Assembly: GCA_028534125.1 (NCBI GenBank)
Contig: CM052817.1
Location: forward strand, 34,164,001-34,228,000
Length of the DNA stretch: 64,000 bases
Direction: 5' to 3'
Source: Lama glama
Taxonomy: Eukaryota
The position numbers and the translations under genes were made by a program. Below the pieces are notes generated by a model. It saw only the letters and a program-made list of their open reading frames with translations. It had not been told where the DNA came from and did not search any database. Every line of letters begins with the position of its first letter. The first letter of the stretch is position 1. This document shows positions 63,681-64,000 of the stretch, in pieces.

Positions 63681-64000
63681 AAATGAAAATAAATAAAACG
63701 GAAACAAACAAAAAAAAGAAATGTAGCTAGTTTGCACTAGATTTTGAAAACTTAATATTAAAAAAAGGAAAAGATATGCAAAATATTTAGTTGATCATTT
63801 TTCTGCATTGTTTATTTTTCAGCTTCTTTGAGGCATAATTGACAGATAAATTTGTAATATATTTAAAGTGTTAAAAAAAATGGTGAGTGGATCAAATAGG
63901 AAGGACAATTCAAAGAATGAGGCACTCAGGCAAAAAGGTCCCAGGCATGTTGGCAATGAGGAGTCCTCATGTTGCACTGAGTGGAGGAGTAGAACGGAGG

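Overview
This is mammalian non-coding DNA, most likely camelid, because it carries three copies of the tRNA-derived Vic-1-type SINE. It is either intergenic or deep intronic. I found no protein-coding gene, RNA gene or CRISPR array that I can support. The ORFs I could recognise are decayed transposon proteins: L1 ORF2, MaLR internal ORF, ERVL integrase/dUTPase and an RTE-clade LINE. Much of the window is interspersed repeat (MIR, L2, L3/CR1, L1, MaLR/ERVL/ERV1-like LTRs, hAT and Tigger DNA transposons), separated by unique islands that look regulatory. Repeat families were assigned from memory of consensus motifs, so subfamily names and many boundaries are approximate. The most striking observation is a tiny L1 retrocopy at 28881-29006 with an intact target-site duplication (TSD). 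It differs from a sister copy in this window by 10 A-to-G changes out of 12 substitutions, which looks like ADAR-hyper-edited RNA fixed in the germline genome. Also notable are an inverted (twin-primed-like) L1 with a large internal deletion, an L1 nested in an L1, LTR-borne CTCF and octamer motifs, and several motif-dense candidate enhancers.
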